Source of the DNA: Verrucomicrobiota bacterium
GTDB lineage: Bacteria; Verrucomicrobiota; Verrucomicrobiia; Limisphaerales; CANJXF01
Length of the DNA: 48,184 nucleotides
Direction: 5' to 3'
Assembly (NCBI GenBank): GCA_038214755.1
Contig: JBBQRQ010000032.1
Location: 1 to 48,184, forward strand
Position numbers and translations under genes: made by a program. A model generated the notes under the pieces. It did not search any database and was not told where the DNA came from. It saw only the letters and a list, made by a program, of their open reading frames with translations. Shown in pieces: positions 27,140 to 35,559 of this stretch (position 1 is the first letter of the stretch; every line of letters begins with the position of its first letter).

Positions 27140-29377
27140 TCAAATTAATTTCTGCAACTCCCGATGATTTACTTTCCCCGTGCCGAGTTTGGGAATTTCG
27201 CGCACAACTTTTATTTCACGCGGCACGCAAAGATTGCTTAGCCCCTTTGCCTTTATTGCCGCGCGAATTTCATCCAGTTGCAATTTCGGTTCATTGGTCA
27301 CGGCGATGAGTGCCTCGCCTCTTTCCTCGTCGTGCCGGGAAACCACGGCGACCTGGCAGCGCAATCCATACTGCGGGAATGCGCCAGCCAACGCATCCTC
27401 CACTGCGGTGAGGCTGACCATTTCTCCGCTGACTTTGGCGAAACGTTTTAAGCGTCCGAGAATTTGCACAAAACCATTTTCGTCCACGCTCACGATGTCG
27501 CCGGTGTCATACCAACCGTCGAGCGCCTGGAATTTTTCGTTCGCATCGGCATTCAAATAACCCCGCATCACGTTCGGTCCGCGCACGAACAGACGCCCCT
27601 TTGTAATCGTAGGAGCCGACGTGAGGAGGCTCTGATCCCGTTCCGCATTCCCCGTTCCGCCTTCCGCGTTTGAGATGTCTTTTTCCGCGTTCCCCGTTCC
27701 GAGTTCCGCGTTGGAAACCCCTTCCACCGGTTCCAACCTCCATTCGATCCCCGGCAAAAATCTCCCAGCCGATCCATGCGACGGCGTGAGCAGGGTGTTG
27801 ACCGTGATCGCTGGACTGCACTCCGTCGCGCCGTAACCTTCGAGAATACGCACGCCGAAACGCCGCGCCCAAGTGTTGGCGGTGGCTTCCTGCAATTTTT
27901 CGGCGGCGGCAAATAAATACCGCAGCGACCGAAAATCGTAGGCGTGAGCTTTGCGCGCGTAGCCGTTTAAAAAAGTGTTCGTGCCGAACATCACGGTGCA
28001 GTTCAGGTCGTAAAAAAGCGTTGGGACAATTCGATAGTGCAGTGGCGATGGATAAACATAAACGTAAAGGCCGCGCACCAGCGGCAAGAGCGTACCGACG
28101 GTGAGTCCGAAACTATGAAAGAGCGGGAGCGCGTTGAAAAATCGGTCGCGGTCGAGCAGGTCAGTCACGGCCAGCATTTGCCGAATGTTCGCCAGCAAAT
28201 TTCTGTGCGTGAGTTCAACACCTTTTGGAATTCCTTCCGAGCCGCTGGTGAAAAGAACGACGGCAGGGTCGTCGGAACGCGGAACGGGGAACGCGGAACG
28301 CGGAATAAAAAACATTCGTAACGCCGTCGAAAATTTTTCCATCGAAGAAATTTTCGCGCGAATTTCTTCGATGGAAATAAATTCAATCCCCGCCTCAATG
28401 AGCGGTTGAATGTTCAACTTCGCTCTCTCCAGAAAAGTTCGCGACGTGATGATTTGTTTCAGTCCGGCGAGTTGCGCGCAGGTCAGCATCGTCGCCGCGC
28501 CGGTGGAATAATTTAAAATTGCCGGAACTTTTTCCGCCGCCCACAAACTCAGCACCGTGACGGGCATGGCATTGACGTTGGGCAATAGCACGCCGATGTG
28601 CCCAGCCCTTCCGTGGAAGAGCTGGGTTTTTCGCCATTGCCGAGCGAACAACTCCACCCCGAGCATCAGTTTTCGATAAGTAATTTTTTGCCGCGTGACA
28701 TCTTCGAGCACGACGTGACCGGGACGCAGTCGCGCGGTTTCTTGCACGGCGTCGAGCACGTTTTGCGCGCCGTGCTCCATTTCGATTTGAAATTGTTGCT
28801 CGACCAGTTTGTCGCGCAGCCAATTGGTCAACTTCGTGCGCGCTTGCGTGGTACTGAGATTTTGCGGCTTGGGCGGAGTGAGCGCGTCGCTGAAATGCGC
28901 CGACACCTGCGGGAAAAGTTTTTTCCAACCGCCATGCGGCGAAAATGGAAGTCGTCCCGCGCCGCGCAAATAACAGGTGATGACTTTCGCCTCCGTTTTA
29001 AAAAGGAGAAAGCCGGTGCCGTCGAAAAATTTCATCAGGCTGCCGGTTTGGGAAAGGCGGCCTTCTGGAAACAGCACGAGTTTGCCGCCGGTTTGCAAAT
29101 ATTCGGCCATGCGTTTGACGGCGTAAGGAGAATTGGTGTCCACCGGAAAAGTGAAACGATTGAGCATGAGAAATCGGTGGAGCGGACTGGTTTGGGCGGT
29201 GACGCTGGACGTGACGAAGCGCCATTCGCCATCGAGACAAACGCCGAGAAACAACCAATCAATCCACGAGAGGTGATTCGGCGCGAGAAGAACGGGGCCA
29301 GGCGTGCGGAGAGATTCCTCGTTGAAGGCGCGGAAGCGAAATAAAATTCGGAGCAAAGCGCGGAGAAAAATTTTCAT
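27140..29377 (-). CDS. aas: Bifunctional 2-acylglycerophosphoethanolamine acyltransferase / acyl-ACP synthetase
   Basis: PlsC motifs NHLSWID and FPEG. AMP-binding motifs FTSGSEGIPKG, GYGATE, YDTGD and RFAKVSGE. Confidence 0.93.
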   Translation of the reverse strand: MKIFLRALLRILFRFRAFNEESLRTPGPVLLAPNHLSWIDWLFLGVCLDGEWRFVTSSVTAQTSPLHRFLMLNRFTFPVDTNSPYAVKRMAEYLQTGGKLVLFPEGRLSQTGSLMKFFDGTGFLLFKTEAKVITCYLRGAGRLPFSPHGGWKKLFPQVSAHFSDALTPPKPQNLSTTQARTKLTNWLRDKLVEQQFQIEMEHGAQNVLDAVQETARLRPGHVVLEDVTRQKITYRKLMLGVELFARQWRKTQLFHGRAGHIGVLLPNVNAMPVTVLSLWAAEKVPAILNYSTGAATMLTCAQLAGLKQIITSRTFLERAKLNIQPLIEAGIEFISIEEIRAKISSMEKFSTALRMFFIPRSAFPVPRSDDPAVVLFTSGSEGIPKGVELTHRNLLANIRQMLAVTDLLDRDRFFNALPLFHSFGLTVGTLLPLVRGLYVYVYPSPLHYRIVPTLFYDLNCTVMFGTNTFLNGYARKAHAYDFRSLRYLFAAAEKLQEATANTWARRFGVRILEGYGATECSPAITVNTLLTPSHGSAGRFLPGIEWRLEPVEGVSNAELGTGNAEKDISNAEGGTGNAERDQSLLTSAPTITKGRLFVRGPNVMRGYLNADANEKFQALDGWYDTGDIVSVDENGFVQILGRLKRFAKVSGEMVSLTAVEDALAGAFPQYGLRCQVAVVSRHDEERGEALIAVTNEPKLQLDEIRAAIKAKGLSNLCVPREIKVVREIPKLGTGKVNHRELQKLI
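27604..27713. repeat. Repeat-derived in-frame insertion within aas
   Basis: TTCCGCG/TTCCCCG heptamers plus GTAGGAGCCGACGTGAGGAGGCTC, translated as NAELGTGNAE...NAEGGTGNAERDQSLLTSAPT between EPVEGV and GRLFVRGPNVM. Confidence 0.75.
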
Positions 29378-30768
29378 GCGGCCGCCCGTTTCTTATTTTT
29401 GAACGATGCGAATCCCAGGCAGAGAACGACAAATCCCGTGACGATTGATGAGATCGGCGCAAGCCAATGATCGAGCGGAAGTTTTCCTTTTTCTCCCAAA
29501 TCCATTTTGCCGCCTAACATCGCTTCGTCGCCGGGAAACGGCGCGGATGCCTCGACTTTTCCGCGCGCGTTTACGAGTTGGGAAATGCCCGAACTACAGA
29601 CGCGAAAAATCGGAATGCCATATTCCGCGGAGCGAGTGGGCGCGACGCGAGAGTGTAATTCATGCTGATGTTTTCCCCAGTCCGCCACGTCCATGGTCGG
29701 AACGATGAGGGCTTGCGCGCCTTGTCGCACAAGTTCATCGACGACGCGGCGATAGCTCAAGTCGTAACAAATGCAGATGCCGATTTTTCCCCACGGTGAA
29801 TTCCAAAGTTTTTGTTCGGGCGCGGGCAAACCATCTTTGAAAAACTGGATGGGAACACTTTTGACTTGGCGAAAAACTATTTCGCCATTGGGATCGATCA
29901 CGAAAGCGGTGTTGTAATACTTTTCTTCGGGCAAAAGCTGTTTGCCACCCGCGACCAGATATTTCTGATTTTTCCGGCACCACGCTTTTACTTTTTCTGG
30001 AATTGGTCCGTCGAAAGTATATTCGCTGAGGACAATCAATTCGGCTTCGGGAAATTTTCTAATCAGCCGATCCAGCACGAAGGGCACACTGGGTTCTGGA
30101 GGAAATTCCATTTGGACACCAGCAACCGAAAGAGCTTTGTCTGGAATTGTTCTGATCACCGTCCCGCCGGAGAACAACGAAGTAATCACGTTCACGCCGA
30201 CGAGGGCGGCGATCACAACGAGGTTCTGCCATCGTGGTTTAACCAGCGAGACACCGCTCAAAAATGCCATGAGAACGAAGCCCACTCCGTAAACGCCAAG
30301 CCACTTGATGATTTCGGGCCCCTCGGAAAAGACGTAGCCCACGTTCAACCACGAAAAACGCAGGTAATAAAGTTCACTGCGAAAATATTCCAAACCCATC
30401 CAGAGAAACGGAACCAGCAAAGCAAAATATTTTACCCCGAATTCTTTCAAAGCGGCTTGAGCAACCAAAAGAAACAATGCAATCCAAATGGCCGACACCA
30501 TCCACAGCGCAATGGCCGCGCCCTTGAAGATGATCCAAAAGAAACCGAGTTGCGGGGCGTAGAGGCAAATTCCAATGACCAAGCCGAAGTAAAAAGCTTT
30601 TCGAGGCGAACTTAGATTCGCGAGCCGAAATAAAGAAAAGAGAAAAATTACGATGAGAAAACGACAGGGCGAAAAACGGTAGGCCCAATGAAAGGAAGCA
30701 ATCGCGGCGAGAGAAAATAGAATTGCCAGCTTCCACGTCAACGGCGGATGAGAAGGCGGTTCGCTCAT
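29374..30768 (-). CDS. lnt: Apolipoprotein N-acyltransferase-like protein (nitrilase fold)
   Basis: Multiple N-terminal TM helices, WMGLEYFRS, GVYGVGF, and the E-K-C triad in LSEY, QVKSVP and ICYD. Start at ATG 30768 overlaps the lplT stop. Confidence 0.8.
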   Translation of the reverse strand: MSEPPSHPPLTWKLAILFSLAAIASFHWAYRFSPCRFLIVIFLFSLFRLANLSSPRKAFYFGLVIGICLYAPQLGFFWIIFKGAAIALWMVSAIWIALFLLVAQAALKEFGVKYFALLVPFLWMGLEYFRSELYYLRFSWLNVGYVFSEGPEIIKWLGVYGVGFVLMAFLSGVSLVKPRWQNLVVIAALVGVNVITSLFSGGTVIRTIPDKALSVAGVQMEFPPEPSVPFVLDRLIRKFPEAELIVLSEYTFDGPIPEKVKAWCRKNQKYLVAGGKQLLPEEKYYNTAFVIDPNGEIVFRQVKSVPIQFFKDGLPAPEQKLWNSPWGKIGICICYDLSYRRVVDELVRQGAQALIVPTMDVADWGKHQHELHSRVAPTRSAEYGIPIFRVCSSGISQLVNARGKVEASAPFPGDEAMLGGKMDLGEKGKLPLDHWLAPISSIVTGFVVLCLGFASFKNKKRAAA

Positions 30769-31994
30769 AATTCCTGATTCACTTTTAGCGGCGGCGGCAT
30801 GGCCGGAATTTTTAGCCAGCAAACCACCAGCGTAATGACCAGAGCCAAAATTAAAAAAATTCCTGAAGCGGTCGTCCCCAAAACTGTGCCGAGAAAAATA
30901 AAGCCGCCGCCGGAGAGCATCGCTGCACTGTTGAGAAAATTTTGCGTGGCAATGGTCTTGCCGAGCTTGGCTGGGTCCGTCTCCGCCTGAATTCCGGCGT
31001 TGAGTGGGATCAAAAATAAACCTCCGCAAGCGCCGGCGAGGAGCAGCACACAAACCAGCGTGATGTGACTCGTGTATGGGCCGATCATCCCCAGCAAAAC
31101 AATCATGCCGGCGAGCGCCCAACCGTAACGCTGCGTCGAACGCAAATCGCCGACGCGATGGAGTTGCCCCGCCAAAATGCTCCCGGCCATGATGCCGATG
31201 ACCAGCCAGAGATTGAGCAGCGCGATTTGGAGATTTTCTTTCAGGCCGAGCGTCGAGAGTCCCCAGCGTTGGAAATTCATTTTCAAAATTGATCCGCAGG
31301 CCCAAAAGATCGCCGTGCCCAAAAGCATTTTGACGACGCGCGGAGAAGCGAGGAGTTCCCGGAAATGTTGGAAAAATTCCCGAAGGCTCGCGCCCAGCCG
31401 CACGTCGGGTTTGAACGGCGTTTTCGACATGAACAAGTTGAAGATGAGAGACAAAATAAAAACGCCAACCAACGCCGCGTAACATTGCGCGACGGTCAGT
31501 GTGTCGATCATCCACGCGCCGCCCATCACTCCGGAAAGAATGGCGACGAGCGTGAGCATTTCAATGGTGCCGTTGGCTTTGACGAGGCGTTCGGTCGGGA
31601 CAATTTCAGGAAGGATTCCGTACTTGCCCGGCGAATAAATGCACGCGCCAAGTCCGACGACGAGATAGCCGACGCTTTGCCAAAAAGCGTGACCAAAAAG
31701 GCTGAGCGCAGCCACGGCCACCCCACAAAGTTTGATGAGATTGCCGCCGAGCAACCAGCGTGTTTTCGGAAAGCGGTCGTTCAAGAATCCGGCGAGCGGC
31801 GCGAAAAGAACGTAGGGCAAATAAAGCGCACAGGCGTAAAGGGCATTCGCCGTGCTGAGTTGTTTGCCCGTGATCGAACCCTGGTGAAGTTGGAATGTGA
31901 GTTGACCGAGAATGACGCCCAGCAATGCTTGATCGCCAAACGTGCTGAGAAACTGGCTGGCGAGAAGCAGGGGGTAGTTGCGATTAGCTCTCAC
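30765..31994 (-). CDS. lplT: Lysophospholipid transporter (MFS)
   Basis: SQFLSTFGD, LPYVLFAPLAG...DRFPK, YSPGKYGILPE, LVKANG, IPLNA and IATQN. Located in an operon with aas. Confidence 0.88.
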   Translation of the reverse strand: MRANRNYPLLLASQFLSTFGDQALLGVILGQLTFQLHQGSITGKQLSTANALYACALYLPYVLFAPLAGFLNDRFPKTRWLLGGNLIKLCGVAVAALSLFGHAFWQSVGYLVVGLGACIYSPGKYGILPEIVPTERLVKANGTIEMLTLVAILSGVMGGAWMIDTLTVAQCYAALVGVFILSLIFNLFMSKTPFKPDVRLGASLREFFQHFRELLASPRVVKMLLGTAIFWACGSILKMNFQRWGLSTLGLKENLQIALLNLWLVIGIMAGSILAGQLHRVGDLRSTQRYGWALAGMIVLLGMIGPYTSHITLVCVLLLAGACGGLFLIPLNAGIQAETDPAKLGKTIATQNFLNSAAMLSGGGFIFLGTVLGTTASGIFLILALVITLVVCWLKIPAMPPPLKVNQEL

Positions 31995-32007
31995 GATTTT
32001 TTGAAAT

Positions 32008-32413
32008 CACAGATAAACGCGGATAAACGCAGATGGCGAATGAAAAGGAAATAGCGTTCCGGATTTTTGCAGACTCAACAGGTTGCCAAAACAAATTCAA
32101 GTGCAGACCTGACGGTGGGGTGTGATTTCAAATGGCGATCCGGTAGCGCAGGATTGCATCCTGCTGTATCGCCAGTTTGAAACCGGCGGGACGTCGCAAA
32201 TAAAGAAAATTTTTCCTGTTCGAAAGTTTCTGTTCTGGCGACCTCCCGCAGGTTGAAAACCTGCGATACGGCAGGATGCAATCCTGCGCTACAATTAAGA
32301 CCGGATCCCCATTCCGGTTCCGCTCGGGAAGTCGAGCGCGGCGCTGTGCCGATTAGGAAATCGGCGTTCCTATCCTACCTCTCATCGGCGTGCATCCGCG
32401 TCCATCTGCGGTG
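32008..32413. repeat. Nested palindromic repeats (outer CAGATAAACGCGGAT pair, inner GTAG REP pair)
   Basis: Outer arms at 32008-32034 and 32384-32413. Inner 22-bp perfect inverted repeat GTAGCGCAGGATTGCATCCTGC at 32143-32164/32271-32292. Confidence 0.8.
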
Positions 32414-32470
32414 GCTATTTTTTTCTTCTGAATCGTTGCCGGTCATTTCCTCCGACAAAATTCCGACAGA

Positions 32471-33367
32471 TTAATTTTTTGCCGCTTTCAAAATTTCTTC
32501 GACCAGTTCGTCGCTGGTCCATTTATTTTCGGGAATAATTTTTTGCACTTTGCCGCTGGTGTCGATCACTGCGGTCCGGACGTTGTGGCTGATCGATCCG
32601 CTCTCGCGCCAAAACGTTTCGCCAAATTGTTCGGCAATGGCGGTGATTTCAATCAGATCGCCGGCCAGAAAGCTCCAATGCCGCGGATCGTATTTAAAAC
32701 GTTCGGCATAATTTTTTAAAACGGCGGGCGTATCTTTTTCCGGGTCAAAAGAAATCGAGAGCAAATGCCAATTGGTCGGGGCGTTCGGCATCGACTCCAA
32801 TTTTTTTTGCGCCTCGGAAAAATTTTGCGACAGACGCGGGCACATCGTCGGAAAGGGACACGTCGTGAAAATAAAAGTAAGCGCAACCGCTTGCCCTTTG
32901 AATTGGCTCAAGCTGACGGCCTCGCCCAGTTCATTCGTAAAATGATATTCGGGCAAAACATCGCCGATGTTCAACATCTCGACATCGCGCACGCGTCGAA
33001 AGGTGGCGCGCGAAGGCGGCTCAGTCGGCGGAACATTCAGCTTTTTGATTTGATCGATCCAGCCATCGTCCCCCGTCACGTTCAGGCGAAACGAAATCGC
33101 ATCGCCCGCCTTCAATCCGCGGAGTTCATTCGTGTTTTTCGTTTCAAACTCCATCGTCATCGCCGCCATGTAATCTGGGATTTTCTCGTGCTTGATCACC
33201 GCGCTTTTTCCGTCGGGCTTGATTTCCTGGACAATGCCTTTGACTTGAAAAATCTTTTGATTGGGGTTCGCGGATTTTTTTTCATCGGAAAATTTCTCCG
33301 ATGACCTTTCGCAAGAAATCGCCGCGCACGCCAACGCAGTTGCCAAAAACAAATTCAAACTTTTCAT
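32471..33367 (-). CDS. SCO/SenC-family protein with N-terminal CusF-like copper-binding domain
   Basis: HEKIPDYMAAMTMEF (CusF-like), FIFTTCPFPTMCP, ISFDPEKDTP and ISHN. Lipoprotein-like signal. Confidence 0.9.
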   Translation of the reverse strand: MKSLNLFLATALACAAISCERSSEKFSDEKKSANPNQKIFQVKGIVQEIKPDGKSAVIKHEKIPDYMAAMTMEFETKNTNELRGLKAGDAISFRLNVTGDDGWIDQIKKLNVPPTEPPSRATFRRVRDVEMLNIGDVLPEYHFTNELGEAVSLSQFKGQAVALTFIFTTCPFPTMCPRLSQNFSEAQKKLESMPNAPTNWHLLSISFDPEKDTPAVLKNYAERFKYDPRHWSFLAGDLIEITAIAEQFGETFWRESGSISHNVRTAVIDTSGKVQKIIPENKWTSDELVEEILKAAKN

Positions 33368-33667
33368 CGGATGAACTTCGCCTCATCACATTGATTTTGG
33401 CAAGCGCGCGGTAGGTAGCACCAAGGCTGACGCAGACCAGTTCGAAAGGACGCGTTCGAGGTAAGCGGGGTCGGTATGCCTCAGCCGGAAGGCGATAAAG
33501 CCGGGCCAATCGGAACGAAAAGATCACATCAGGGAGAATCTGGTGGTGCCGGTGGAGGAGTGACACGGAACGACGTTCGCGGTGCGAGTTCCATAAAATA
33601 AAGAAGCGCAGAACGTAAAAAAACGTCTTCAAGGCGGAATTGTCTTTAGAGCCTCTTCTCTATTTTT

Positions 33668-33965
33668 GGTTCTTCGACGTTTTCAGTGGAATAGAAATTG
33701 GTTTGTCCCCAAAAAACGGTGGAGGGCCAACGCAGTCCAAGACGCTGTCGCGCGATTCATGCACCATCGCCATTCGCGCGAGCGTCTGGGACTGCGGTGG
33801 CCCTCCACCGCTCTGGCCACGGCGACGTCAGAGCTTCCGCCGACCTCACCTTTGGATCATTGAGCCAAGGATCGGGACTCTTTCCAGAGGCGCCTCTCGT
33901 TTCGATTTCACCGAAAATAGCGAAGAGTTATCTCATGCTCTATCCACTGAAAACGTCGAAGAACC
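33668..33965. mobile_element. MITE (298 bp) with 23-bp perfect TIR and 8-bp target-site duplication
   Basis: GGTTCTTCGACGTTTTCAGTGGA at 33668-33690 and inverted at 33943-33965. CTATTTTT at 33660-33667 and 33966-33973. Internal GCAGTCC/GGACTGC REP pair. Confidence 0.92.
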
Positions 33966-34814
33966 CTATTTTTCTTTCAACTCCACTTCGCCGTTCCATT
34001 GCGGCGGGGGAGGTTCTTGGCGGAAGTGATCGATCTGATGGAGGAAGAACTCCGCTGGACCATCTTTGGGCGCAAGATCAAGGACACGCCGGAACGCATT
34101 TTCCGCGTGAGCAAAATTCCCGTTCTGAAAAAGGCGCAAAGCTTCGGCGAAGACTTCGCGCATGGGTCGGGAGTTCTCTGCGTTATCAGGCCAGTCGATG
34201 AGTTGATGGACCTTGACGGTTCGTTCAAATCCTTTGAGTCGGAATGGGCCGAGGGAGCGGGTCACCAGTTGCCCCTCAATGCCCGCCAAAGTTTCACCGG
34301 TGATGAGCAGATTCGTTCCGAGATATTTGTTCAGTCCTTCCATACGCGATGCAAGGTTGATGTTTTCGCCGAGCGCTCCGTAGTTGACCCGCGTCGTGCT
34401 GCCAAAGTTTCCGACGTTGGCGACACCGGTGTGAAGACCAATGCGCGTGATAAGCTGCTGATTATTCATGTACTGAGGCGGCAGAGCGCGGAAACGCAAC
34501 GCGGCTTCACAGGCGCGCAGTTGGTGATCGGCCTGCAAATCAGGCGCGTTCCAGAAAGCGTAAATGGCGTCGCCGATATATTGGAGGACGGTTCCGTCGG
34601 TGCGATGGATGCATTGGGTAACGACGTTCTCAAAATACCGGTTCATCTGTAACGCGAGATCATCCGAATCCATTCCTTCGGAGATGGTGGTGAAATTGGC
34701 AATATCACTGAAGAGGATAGTAAGGGTTTCTTTTTTTGCGCCGGGTTTGAGCAGTTCTTTGTTGCTGGAAAATTTTTTAACCAGTTTGGGTGACAGCAAT
34801 TTGACCAAGGTCAT
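33966..34814 (-). CDS. Class III nucleotide (adenylate/guanylate) cyclase, apparently lacking its N-terminal sensor
   Basis: FSDIANFT, IGDAI, RIGLHTG...VGNFGS, NLASRMEG and LKG, with a TPR-like tail. Begins directly at the LSPKLV linker. Confidence 0.82.
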   Translation of the reverse strand: MTLVKLLSPKLVKKFSSNKELLKPGAKKETLTILFSDIANFTTISEGMDSDDLALQMNRYFENVVTQCIHRTDGTVLQYIGDAIYAFWNAPDLQADHQLRACEAALRFRALPPQYMNNQQLITRIGLHTGVANVGNFGSTTRVNYGALGENINLASRMEGLNKYLGTNLLITGETLAGIEGQLVTRSLGPFRLKGFERTVKVHQLIDWPDNAENSRPMREVFAEALRLFQNGNFAHAENAFRRVLDLAPKDGPAEFFLHQIDHFRQEPPPPQWNGEVELKEK

Positions 34815-35307
34815 TGCTCAACACAATTTCACCAACGAGCAGCGTCACGATCGTGAGTCCGTCCTCGGCCACATCAAGATGAAATTCCGTCCCGCGAATA
34901 GCGCCAGATGCCAGCGGCGTCCGAAACTCCAGCTCCGTCGGTTTTTCCCGGCTGAAAAAGTAGGCAGCTCCGGAGTTCACATTTACTACGGGTTGGTTTC
35001 CAGCGCGAGAGGGAGGCTGCAACTGCACAGTGGTCAGTTCGTTGACTCGCAAGACGGTAAGATTGGAGAGGCGGATGGTAGCGCGACTGCGGGCGCCAGT
35101 CCGCAGACGGTCCCCCACGCGCAAGAGTTGATTGGTTTGACCCGCTGCCCAATCCCGACCGTCAGTCCGGGAAACTTCAACCTTTCCTTCAATCGTCAAA
35201 AGGATCGAATCGTTTTTACCTTTCGGCTGCGAAGTTTCAGCCGATGCGGTTTCAACCACGAGGAACGTGAGAAGGCAGGTTCCTAAAGTTGAGAGAAAGC
35301 GATTCAC
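34777..35307 (-). CDS. FecR-domain secreted protein, probably 3'-truncated
   Basis: Signal peptide, IEGKVEV, GDRLRTG, TPLASGAIRGTEF and GEIVL. Stops before the usual end of the domain. Confidence 0.75.
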   Translation of the reverse strand: MNRFLSTLGTCLLTFLVVETASAETSQPKGKNDSILLTIEGKVEVSRTDGRDWAAGQTNQLLRVGDRLRTGARSRATIRLSNLTVLRVNELTTVQLQPPSRAGNQPVVNVNSGAAYFFSREKPTELEFRTPLASGAIRGTEFHLDVAEDGLTIVTLLVGEIVLSNDLGQIAVTQTG

Positions 35308-35559
35308 ACGTTGTGAGCAGAATGTGCGACCCGCGTCGCCCGAATAAGTATCCCGCGATGAAACCGGAAACAGTGAGGACGCTTGAGCAGAACAAGAACG
35401 GCGGGCACTTGGCGAGTGAAAAATTGGCCAATTATTTCCGAGCGCGAGAAAGATACTCTTGAGGTGTCGGCGAGAGAAATCGTGTCGCGAGAGAGCAAAC
35501 TTAGGTACGCCTCCCGTTCTTTACCTTGCCGCACACCTCGGAGCGATTATCTTTCAACA

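Noticed and set aside
30769..31515. N-terminal 249-aa extension of the 713-aa ORF
   Set aside because: It overlaps lplT on the same strand in another frame and has no protein-like features. Lnt similarity starts at ATG 30768.
32118..32127. Second copy of the GGGTGTGATT MITE end
   Set aside because: Only 10 nt match, and no partner right end or target duplication was found.
33282..33632. 116-aa ORF upstream of the SCO gene
   Set aside because: No recognisable motif, overlaps the SCO start, and cannot be supported without a search.
4616..34814. Pycsar/CBASS-type defence pair (cyclase plus cNMP effector)
   Set aside because: The genes are about 28 kb apart, the cNMP protein carries Fe-S clusters rather than a TIR or TM effector, and the cyclase looks like the CHASE2-associated type.
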